NCBI GenBank assembly: GCA_965661285.1
Contig: CBFIDD010000001.1
Span: 500,852-564,851 of the forward strand
Reading direction: 5' to 3'
From: Poseidonia sp.
GTDB taxonomy: Archaea > Thermoplasmatota > Poseidoniia > Poseidoniales > Poseidoniaceae
DNA: 64,000 bases
Part shown: one piece after another, positions 1-7,866 of the stretch
How positions within the stretch are numbered: position 1 is the stretch's first letter
Layout of the letters: each line of letters starts with the position of its first letter
Translations under genes and position numbers: made by a program
The notes under the pieces: model-generated
What the model was told of the DNA's origin: nothing
Database searches by the model: none
What the model saw: the letters and a program-made list of their open reading frames with translations, nothing else

Positions 1-1110
1 GCCCAAAAGCCCGCCCACACCGTAGGTGAACGCGGTTCCCTCGTAGGCGGTGGCCGAAAGGGTGGCGTCGAATTCGAGTTCCGTGGCCAGAACGACCTGT
101 TCGCGCAATTCCTTCCAGCTTTTCAGGGTCAAGTCTGCTTGCCCGGTGGTGGTGTCGGTGGTGAAATCCGAGCATTTCGAAGCGATGGGGTAGTGGCCCG
201 AGACGTCAAATTGTGAAAACGACATCTCGTTCACGCTCTCCACGCCCAACCACGACATGCCCTGCCCGCCTCGGATTTTTACCGCACCGAGACGGTCATC
301 GGACGACTGGGTGCTCAACTCAACCCCCGTGCCTTCGGTGATGGACACCGTGCTCTCTCCTTGAAACGACAAGCGGATTTTGCAGTAGTTCGGGGGGTCG
401 TCAAGGCGGTCGGTAACGAGTTGTACGTATTCTTCGGAAGCGAGGAAACTGCCTTCGGTGATCATGTAGCCCATGCGGTCGCCGTAGCGCAGTGAATCTG
501 CGGTGAACGGCTCAAGTTGGTTGTTCACGTAGTACCAACCGCCTGCCCCAAGCAGCACCAAGGTGAGAAGAACAGCAACGGTCTGCGGGCGCCGTACCAT
601 TTCCATGAGGGTCGTGGCCTCGTTTTCACCGGTTGCAAGCGTTTTGCTGGGTGAACGAGATGGGAGCGGAACAACCGGTTGGTCCTCGACATCCTCGGCC
701 TCGACCGGCGCATCGTCATCGATCAGGTCGGCTTCGAGAATTTCCGCCTCGAGGACATCGTCATCCTTCGTGTCCACGTCGGGCTTTCTACGGGACGGTG
801 GGTCGGTGGTTGGAAGCGGGACCCTTTCTATCGTATCATCGTCCTCAAGGGAAAGCATGACCGGTTCGTCTTCGTCGTCAGCATCGTCCCCCTTCGTCTC
901 GGGTTCAGCCTCGGGCGTCTCCTCTGCCGTGGTGTGGAAGGTGGAGGTTTCTTCATCAAAGACCTCAATGCCAAGGGTCTCCTTGTCGACGCCCGCCTCG
1001 AGCAAACGGGCCAATAATTCGGCCTTTTTTCCCGTGGCAGAGAGGTCGTTCAGGACGCACAGCGCCTTGAGTTTCGCCACCGTGAGGTTGGTGGTCAGTC
1101 CCTCTCCCAT
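1..1110 (-). CDS. SAP-domain, single-pass membrane protein (3' end outside window)
   Basis: Read manually; absent from the ORF track because it is open at the edge. MGEGLTTNLTVAKLKALCVLNDLSATGKKAELLARL is a SAP motif, followed by an acidic linker, a TM segment (VAVLLTLVLLGAGGWYY) and an external domain. GAGGT SD lies 6 nt upstream. Confidence 0.8.
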   Translation of the reverse strand, partial: MGEGLTTNLTVAKLKALCVLNDLSATGKKAELLARLLEAGVDKETLGIEVFDEETSTFHTTAEETPEAEPETKGDDADDEDEPVMLSLEDDDTIERVPLPTTDPPSRRKPDVDTKDDDVLEAEILEADLIDDDAPVEAEDVEDQPVVPLPSRSPSKTLATGENEATTLMEMVRRPQTVAVLLTLVLLGAGGWYYVNNQLEPFTADSLRYGDRMGYMITEGSFLASEEYVQLVTDRLDDPPNYCKIRLSFQGESTVSITEGTGVELSTQSSDDRLGAVKIRGGQGMSWLGVESVNEMSFSQFDVSGHYPIASKCSDFTTDTTTGQADLTLKSWKELREQVVLATELEFDATLSATAYEGTAFTYGVGGLLG

Positions 1111-1203
1111 GGTCATACCTCATCAAACCGTAGGCTTGGTGCCTTTCAAGGCTGGCGCTGATTTGATGGCCTTTTGCATCAATTCAACGTCTTGAAGCGC
1201 GGG

Positions 1204-2247
1204 TCAACCTTCGTGGGGTACGTACGAGCCATCGGTGTTTTGGACGTAGACGGTTTGGTCGTACGTGCCATCTGGCAACTTCCGGAAGAAATACCCGTTT
1301 TCCGCAGGCTCAAACGTGCCCTCGTCTGCTGATGTGCCCTCGTCCGCTGATGACGGTGGGGCTGTGGCAGCAGCATCGGGTTCGGCATCACTGTCCGTGG
1401 GTGCACCGGGCGGACCGGTTGGCCCAGTGTTCTCTTCACCGGGAGCACCCGGGGGACCGGCAGGACCTGCAGGCGGAGCGCCGCCTGGTCCCGCAGCGAT
1501 GCGGGCCTTGCTGGCTTCAGAAAGCACCTTGGATTCCGTGGTTTCGTTCTCCCCCTCGAGGATTTTGCGAACGGCCGCACCGTGTTTTTGTGCGCCGACA
1601 AAAGCAAAGGCAGAGAGGCCCAAACAGAGCAGGCCGAGCAGGCCGCCAAAGAATTGGTTGGGGTAGAGTTTGCCTTCCACACTCAACGCATTGCCAGAGG
1701 TTGTGATCTTCTCGCCGTTGCCGTCGATGTACTCGGCGATGAGGCAGTACTGGCCGGGGTCGATGTTGAATTCGAAATCATACGTGCCGTCGGCAAGGAC
1801 GCGACTGGTGGCCTCTTGATACTGGTAATCGTGGGAATTGCCGGCCTTGGCCTCCTGCATCTTCTCGCTGAGGGTAAAGTCGGTGCAGTCGTCTTGCTGG
1901 ATGACATACACGGCGATGTTGATGGCCGACTGCGCAGGAGGTTGCTCGGCCGTGACGGTGAGCCGCATCGGGACATCGAAGAGACCTTCGCCGTCAATGG
2001 GAAGGCCCCAAACACGACCGATGTCTTTCTCCGCAGATTTACTGAAATCATCGTAATCGGCCGAGAACGGCATGGGGAAGAGGGCAAAAGCGAACAGAAT
2101 CGCAGCCACGCCGAGGTAGAGAAAAACGTTCCAGCGTGCTTTCTTCAAGCGTTCTTTGCGCTCTTCGATGGACATGTCTTCCATCAACTCGTCTTGGTCC
2201 TCGTCAACGGCCAGTGCGCCTGCTGCATCAAGTTCCTCTTCGGTCAT
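1204..2247 (-). CDS. Hypothetical membrane protein (2 TM, Gly/Pro-rich cytoplasmic tail)
   Basis: 355-aa ORF, start revised to MTEEELD. Two hydrophobic helices flank an external beta-rich domain; GPP/GAP-rich tail. Confidence 0.75.
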   Translation of the reverse strand: MTEEELDAAGALAVDEDQDELMEDMSIEERKERLKKARWNVFLYLGVAAILFAFALFPMPFSADYDDFSKSAEKDIGRVWGLPIDGEGLFDVPMRLTVTAEQPPAQSAINIAVYVIQQDDCTDFTLSEKMQEAKAGNSHDYQYQEATSRVLADGTYDFEFNIDPGQYCLIAEYIDGNGEKITTSGNALSVEGKLYPNQFFGGLLGLLCLGLSAFAFVGAQKHGAAVRKILEGENETTESKVLSEASKARIAAGPGGAPPAGPAGPPGAPGEENTGPTGPPGAPTDSDAEPDAAATAPPSSADEGTSADEGTFEPAENGYFFRKLPDGTYDQTVYVQNTDGSYVPHEG

Positions 2248-2347
2248 GAAAGCCCGAAATCCGCCGAGCACTTCAAGACCGCGACCGAAGAATTAGTGCA
2301 CAATGGGACCCGAAGGAACCAAGAACGACGCCACGGGGCCTCTGGGC

Positions 2348-3547
2348 ATGGGGCTTCGCTTGGCGGTTTTGAGTCGGGGGCCAAGGCTGTACAGCACCCG
2401 TCGTATCGTTGAGGAAGCGAAAAAACGCAACATCGACGTCGAGGTTTGCGACCCGATGAAATTCTCGATGGTGGTGGACCAGGGCAGCGTCGATGTGCTC
2501 CACCGAGGTCGGCCCTTTGCCAAAGACGCGGTGATTCCGCGCATCGGCCACTCCATCACACAACACGGGGTTGCGGTCCTTCGCCACATTGAGCAGTTGG
2601 GCATCTGGACAGCCAACACCGGCCGGGGTATTTTGCAAAGCAGAGACAAACTCCACGCTTCTCAACTTCTGGCTCGCAACCGAATCCCGGTGCCAAAAAC
2701 AGTCTACGTGAGGGAAATTCTCGATGTTGAGCAGGCCATCGAAACCGTTGGTGGCTTGCCCGTGGTCGTCAAGGTCACCCAAGGTACTCAAGGCGATGGC
2801 GTCTTCCTGCGCCACACCGCCTTTGAGGTGCGTAATCTGGTTCAGGGCTTGCTGATGACGGGAAAATCCGTCTTGGTTCAGGAATACATCGCGGAATCCC
2901 ACGGCAAAGACATTCGCGCCTTGGTGGTGGGCGACAAGGTCGTGGCCTGCATGCGCAGGCGAGCCCGCGGGCGTGAATTTCGGAGTAACTTTCACCTGAA
3001 CGGCACCGTTGAGGCGGTTGAACTCCCTGAGGGTTATGCCGAAGCAGCGTGCAGAGCAGCTCGTATCTTGGGCCTCAACATTGCAGGCGTTGACCTGCTC
3101 GAAGGCAACAACGGCCCGCTGGTGCTGGAGGTGAACTCTTCGCCCGGACTGGAAGGTATCGAGAAAGCCAGCGGCGTGAACGTCGCAGGAGCGATCATCG
3201 ATTACGTCATGGAGGACACGGCCTTTTCGGAGGTGGACATCGGTCAATTGTTGCGAACCGTACCCGGCTCCGGCGTGCTCTCATTGCAACTTCGAAACCA
3301 TCCAAAAATGGTCGGGAAGCGCCTGCGGGAGGTGTTCGCCGCCGTGCCGGTGTTCGCCCTCTCTCGTGGTGACCGCTTGGTGTGGAACCCCGATGAAGAA
3401 CTCCAACTTCGATATGACGATGTGCTGGTGTGCTACGGTGATTTAACCGAATTACGCTCCTCGCTCAAGCAAGCGATGTTGGGCGTGCCACGAGAAGCCC
3501 TGATGTTCGATGAGGCCCAGAGTACGTCCGAACAAACCGAAGGCTGA
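2348..3547 (+). CDS. rimK: RimK-family ATP-grasp alpha-L-glutamate ligase with C-terminal TrkA-C (RCK_C) domain
   Basis: LSRGPRLYSTRRI, DAVIPRIG, SRDKL, GTQGDGV, LVQEYI, FRSNFHLNG, AGVDL, LEVNSSPGLEGIE. C-terminal VGKRLREV..ALSRGDRLVWNP..LRYDDVLVCYG is RCK_C-like. Confidence 0.9.
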   Translation: MGLRLAVLSRGPRLYSTRRIVEEAKKRNIDVEVCDPMKFSMVVDQGSVDVLHRGRPFAKDAVIPRIGHSITQHGVAVLRHIEQLGIWTANTGRGILQSRDKLHASQLLARNRIPVPKTVYVREILDVEQAIETVGGLPVVVKVTQGTQGDGVFLRHTAFEVRNLVQGLLMTGKSVLVQEYIAESHGKDIRALVVGDKVVACMRRRARGREFRSNFHLNGTVEAVELPEGYAEAACRAARILGLNIAGVDLLEGNNGPLVLEVNSSPGLEGIEKASGVNVAGAIIDYVMEDTAFSEVDIGQLLRTVPGSGVLSLQLRNHPKMVGKRLREVFAAVPVFALSRGDRLVWNPDEELQLRYDDVLVCYGDLTELRSSLKQAMLGVPREALMFDEAQSTSEQTEG

Positions 3548-3567
3548 GCCGATGGAGCAAGGGGGAG

Positions 3568-4125
3568 TCAAACCTCAACGCTGGGCTGTGGGCGCTCCGA
3601 GGGCCAAAGCATCGTCATGCGAGCCCGGCGAACCACGAGATACATCCCCGCCGAGACGAGAATGCTGACCCCTATGGGTATCGGCCCCCACAACCAAGCG
3701 TCAAACCAGCCATCGAAAATGTAGGCGATGGGGTAGAACGGTTCCAGTCCGTAGGCCCCTGTGTGGGACGGAATATCCGCGAGAAGGTGAGAAAGATAGG
3801 CAACCGCAGCAAGTTTTGTGGTCTGGCTTTTCCGCCAAAACGGAAGAAAGACGATGGCCCAAAACAGGAGGCTGTGGGAAAGCAACCAGGCGTGGTAGGT
3901 CCAATGGTCGAGAATTTCGGGATGATTGAGGAAGTCAACGCCCATTGCGAACGGTATGTCCCGGCCCGCCACCAAGCCCAGATAGGGGTGCACGAGAAGG
4001 ACGTTGGTGATGTCTGGAAGCATCCCAAAGCCGAGGCCAATCAATCGACGATGCTTGATGTCCTTGGGCGCCATCTCACCCAGCATCAGTCCGATAAGCG
4101 CGTGCGTTGCCGTGTCCAAAATCAT
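3568..4125 (-). CDS. Membrane metal-dependent hydrolase (YdjM/DUF457-like)
   Basis: DTATHALIG, MLPD, SHSL, YLSHLLAD motifs; multiple TM helices. Confidence 0.75.
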   Translation of the reverse strand: MILDTATHALIGLMLGEMAPKDIKHRRLIGLGFGMLPDITNVLLVHPYLGLVAGRDIPFAMGVDFLNHPEILDHWTYHAWLLSHSLLFWAIVFLPFWRKSQTTKLAAVAYLSHLLADIPSHTGAYGLEPFYPIAYIFDGWFDAWLWGPIPIGVSILVSAGMYLVVRRARMTMLWPSERPQPSVEV

Positions 4126-4274
4126 CCGACCTTTGTGCTGTGACATCCCTATGAAGTTTTGAATTATCAATCCGCCTATTGTGGGACACCTCAACCGCTG
4201 GACCACGTTTTACGAAACATGAGCGAAGTGAAGCCCGTGTCCATTCGCCCCAGAAAGGCCCCGTGACATGAAGA

Positions 4275-4550
4275 TCAAATGACGCCCAGGCCTTCGAGGA
4301 CCAGAACAACGCCGAGCGTGAGGAAAAGAAGAATCATGGCGACGAAAAAGATGGGCCCTTCGGCGGCGGAAACCCACTTTCCTCCCTTGTTGGTCCAATT
4401 TTGTTTCCAAAATCCACCTTTGACCAGCGGCCAGTAGGCAAGGTAGGCAAGGCAGAGGAGACCTGCGGCAAGGACTCTGTGTTGGCGACCATGGTATTGT
4501 TTCCCAACAGATAGAAAATAATGGTATTGATGGGCGATGTACGCTCGCAC
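4275..4550 (-). CDS. Small hypothetical membrane protein
   Basis: C-terminal part of a 163-aa ORF with a GTG start at 4550; two hydrophobic segments; fills the gap between co-oriented genes. Confidence 0.5.
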   Translation of the reverse strand: MRAYIAHQYHYFLSVGKQYHGRQHRVLAAGLLCLAYLAYWPLVKGGFWKQNWTNKGGKWVSAAEGPIFFVAMILLFLTLGVVLVLEGLGVI

Positions 4551-4593
4551 AACCTGCCAGCACCGATTCAACGCACTGCTCGCCGTGATGGGG

Positions 4594-5637
4594 TTATTGC
4601 GAAAGTGGCGTTGACCAGCGACCGTTCCATTCGGTGGCGTCCGTGAAAAGATCGTAGAAGGCATCGAGGCTTTTCTCAATGGGTTTGGCGTACCCGCCGC
4701 CCATGAACACCACGGTGGGAAGTTGCTGCTGACGGGCGGCTTCGAAGACCGCTTGATTGCGAGCACGCAGGCCCGCTCGCGAGACGTTCAACTTGCCGAG
4801 TGCATCCGCATCCAGCGCATCCACGCCGGCCTGATAGAGAAGCAGATCCGGTTCGAAGTCAAGGCAGATGTTCAGCGCTTCCTCGACCGTCCTGAGGTAG
4901 GTTTCATCGTCCGAATTGGCGGGAAGAGGCAGGTCGTGGTCGCTGTGGGATTTGCGGAACGGGAAGTTGGTTTGGCAGTGAACCGAGACCGTGCAAACCC
5001 GAGGCTCCTCTGCAAAAATGGTGGCGGTTCCGTCGCCTTGATGCACATCCAAATCCAAAATGGCGACCTTTCGAACGTCGTGATGGGCAAGGGCGTGCAG
5101 GGCACACATGGCCAGGTCGTTGAAGACGCAATAGCCCGAGCCGAAGTCGCGATGCGCGTGGTGCGTTCCTCCCGCCATGTTTCCCGTGATGCCACCGTGG
5201 AGAAGGGCGTGCTCCGTCGCTTCAAGCGCCCCGCCCATCAGGTAGAGCGTCCGCTCCACCATGGCCGGTGTCCACGGGGTGAGGCCGATGCGCTTCCGTT
5301 CTTTTTCTTCCAACGTTCCACTCAGGAAGCGGTCAACATAGGCCTCATCGTGGGCCAAAAGAAGCGTCGAGCGCTCAACCCGTTGCGGCGTCTTGATGTT
5401 CATCTGGTCGTAGTATTCGCTGCCTTGAAGTCGGGCAAGCAAACGCTGGTAGCGCTCTCGAGGAAACCTCGCCTCGGGATGAATGCCGTCGGTGTAGATG
5501 GAATGGTACCAGAGCGGAAAGGGACGATGCTGGTGAACCGGGCGGGTGGGTGGAGGTGCCTTTGTGTCGTTGACCACCGTTTCCGCCCCCGTTTGAGGCC
5601 TGAGAAAGCGGCGAATAAAGCCCTGTTTGGGTTGCAC
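4594..5637 (-). CDS. Histone deacetylase family protein (class IV/HDAC11-like)
   Basis: NMAGGTHHA, GYCVFND, ILDLDVHQGDGT, YQAGVD, DALG, MGGGY motifs. Confidence 0.92.
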   Translation of the reverse strand: MQPKQGFIRRFLRPQTGAETVVNDTKAPPPTRPVHQHRPFPLWYHSIYTDGIHPEARFPRERYQRLLARLQGSEYYDQMNIKTPQRVERSTLLLAHDEAYVDRFLSGTLEEKERKRIGLTPWTPAMVERTLYLMGGALEATEHALLHGGITGNMAGGTHHAHRDFGSGYCVFNDLAMCALHALAHHDVRKVAILDLDVHQGDGTATIFAEEPRVCTVSVHCQTNFPFRKSHSDHDLPLPANSDDETYLRTVEEALNICLDFEPDLLLYQAGVDALDADALGKLNVSRAGLRARNQAVFEAARQQQLPTVVFMGGGYAKPIEKSLDAFYDLFTDATEWNGRWSTPLSQ

Positions 5638-5707
5638 CTCTTTTCCGGTTGTTCGTGAGGATGAAGAAAAACGGCCTTCTTTATGCTGGGGCTTGGGATT
5701 TCTCGGC

Positions 5708-6613
5708 GTGAAGTACGCTGCCGTTCACGAAAAGGTTCTGGGTGACCGGACCAACGAGCGCCTGCGGCGGGCCTCCATCAACCTCGCCATCGCAGGCTTT
5801 GTCATTCACCTTGCGGCCTGCACCCTTCACATGCTGTCGTATCTCGATGCCCCGGAGATGAACGGCTTCATCGACTCCTACTTGGATGCGCTCTACACGC
5901 CCTTTTCCATCATTCTCGCTTACGAAGTCTACGAGTTGATTCGTGCCATTCCCGAATCGTTTTCAGTCTCCATCGGCAAGCAATTCGAAGTCATGACGTT
6001 GCTCGTTGTTCGTGATATTTTCAAGAATCTTGCCGATGTCGAAGCCACCTCTGGAGCCACCGTTGACAGCGACGTGGCGTTCATTGCCGTGGAAGCTGTA
6101 GCGTTCATCGTCTTGTTCACCACGGCGCTGTTTTTCAGGAGCACGACTGCGAATGCCCGACACGACGACACCGGGAACGACGACGTTAGGCGTTTCGTTG
6201 TGCAGAAGAAAAATCTGGCCTGCGCTCTGGCCGGCGTGTATGTCGCCGTGGCGGCTTACTCCTTTGCATCGTGGACCCTGAACACGCTCGATGGTGATGG
6301 CGATTTGAGCCGAACGGTGTTCTTCTTGGACTTCTTCACATGGCTCATCCTCTCTGACATCATCATCTTACTCGCCTCCTACAAGCACATCACGGATTTC
6401 ACACAACTTGCCCGCAACACCGGCTTTATTCTCTCAACGGTGATGATTCGCGTCGGCATCGGCACGCCCGGCTACACCGGCGCAGCCCTGTTTATGCTGT
6501 CCGCTTTGCTTGCAGCCGGTGTGCTCAAGTTGAGTCTCAGCGAGCATTTCGCACACACTACGACCGCAGCGGTGGCCATTGAACCCGCCCTCGCCTCACC
6601 CTCCCCCGCTTAG
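5708..6613 (+). CDS. Hypothetical polytopic membrane protein
   Basis: About 7 TM segments; GTG start at 5708 preceded by TTTATG at about -28. Confidence 0.75.
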   Translation: MKYAAVHEKVLGDRTNERLRRASINLAIAGFVIHLAACTLHMLSYLDAPEMNGFIDSYLDALYTPFSIILAYEVYELIRAIPESFSVSIGKQFEVMTLLVVRDIFKNLADVEATSGATVDSDVAFIAVEAVAFIVLFTTALFFRSTTANARHDDTGNDDVRRFVVQKKNLACALAGVYVAVAAYSFASWTLNTLDGDGDLSRTVFFLDFFTWLILSDIIILLASYKHITDFTQLARNTGFILSTVMIRVGIGTPGYTGAALFMLSALLAAGVLKLSLSEHFAHTTTAAVAIEPALASPSPA

Positions 6614-6689
6614 GGTTTGGATATCGTAGGAATGTGCTGACCCACTTCAACGGACATACGTGCAGGCCCACTTCAACGGGGATGGACAC

Positions 6690-7760
6690 TCACGATGCGG
6701 TCGCGGCGTCTCCATCATCCTCGCCGGACGGAGCCGATGCACCTTCCGGCCCCTCCTCGAGAAGGGGCGCTTCTGAATCTGAAGGAGGCAGTTGTTTGGA
6801 AAGCCGGTCGAGGCCACTGATTTCGTTGCCGAGTGAAGCCAAGCGGGTTTGAACAGGCCCGACGTTGCTGGTGAGGTTATTCGCGTGCTTGAACAGGGTT
6901 TGCCATTGCGATTCAAGGGCGTTGAATTCGTTCAAAATACGCTGGTGCGCATCCAAGATCTCGTTGTGCATGGAGTCCATGGTCGAGGCGATGTTGGCGA
7001 TGCGAAGCATGTGCATGTTGGCCATGAGCGTGGCTGGAGAGCAGATGATGACGCCCTGTGAAGCGGCCGTGCGCATCAGTTGAGGCGCATGGGTGATGAG
7101 GAAATCATACACCGATGTGGAAGGGATGTACATGTAAGCCACACCGTGGGTTCCCTTGCCGGGATGGACGTAATCGTCCTTGATTTTCGACACGTGGTTC
7201 TCAACGTCATTCTGGAAGGTTTTGAGGAGACGTTCACGCGTTTTTGTGGCCGTTTCTGAGGCCTCGATGTACTTGTGGTAGGTGTCAAACACAAACTTCG
7301 AATCAATGCAGAGGATTTTACCGTCAATTCGCAGATGGGCGTCCGGATTTTTTCCAAGTTCAGGCACCTGCTCTCTCAATTTGACGGATGGAAAGATTTC
7401 CTTCAACTCCTCCCCCATAGCCCACTCGCCCCAAGCCGCACGCTCTGATTTTTGGAGCATGTTTCGGTTGAATGCATCAGCGACCTCCTTCAGTTCGGCT
7501 GAAGCGGTGCTGAACATGCCAATCTTTTCGGCGATGCCCTGCTGAGTGAGGGTCGAATTCAGAGCGACGGCGATGGTTTGGGAGGTGGGAATGTCCAACG
7601 CCGTCTTGATATCGGTGACACTGGGGATGTTCAAGGCAGCAGTTAGCAGGTTGATGTCCAAGGCAGGGTCGTTTTTTGCGTTTTTTGACTGCATCCAGAG
7701 GTTGGCGAGAAGTCCGACCACGACCAAACCCAAAAGAACGGTTGACGCCTCAATTTCCAT
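6690..7760 (-). CDS. rmuC: RmuC-family DNA recombination protein (PD-(D/E)XK-like)
   Basis: N-terminal TM, RAAWGEW, PD..IDSKF, HVSKIKDDY, MYIPS, CSPATL, C-terminal coiled coil. Confidence 0.8.
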   Translation of the reverse strand: MEIEASTVLLGLVVVGLLANLWMQSKNAKNDPALDINLLTAALNIPSVTDIKTALDIPTSQTIAVALNSTLTQQGIAEKIGMFSTASAELKEVADAFNRNMLQKSERAAWGEWAMGEELKEIFPSVKLREQVPELGKNPDAHLRIDGKILCIDSKFVFDTYHKYIEASETATKTRERLLKTFQNDVENHVSKIKDDYVHPGKGTHGVAYMYIPSTSVYDFLITHAPQLMRTAASQGVIICSPATLMANMHMLRIANIASTMDSMHNEILDAHQRILNEFNALESQWQTLFKHANNLTSNVGPVQTRLASLGNEISGLDRLSKQLPPSDSEAPLLEEGPEGASAPSGEDDGDAATAS

Positions 7761-7777
7761 GGTTGACGCTTGCTGTT

Positions 7778-7795
7778 AACCGAATATAAACGGTT
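7778..7795 (-). promoter_or_regulatory. TATA box (TTTATA) of rmuC flanked by a 5-bp inverted repeat
   Basis: AACCG-AATATAAA-CGGTT; minus-strand TTTATA lies at -30..-25 from ATG 7760. Confidence 0.55.
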
Positions 7796-7866
7796 CCTCC
7801 ATGCACGAATTTCGGTCACAGTGCTGTTCCGGAGGATTTTTTGAGGGAATGCCCACCATGCCAATC

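Noticed and set aside
1400-1500. Collagen-like GPP/GAP stretch
   Set aside because: Only about 7 interrupted Gly-X-Y triplets in a cytoplasmic tail, too short for a triple helix.
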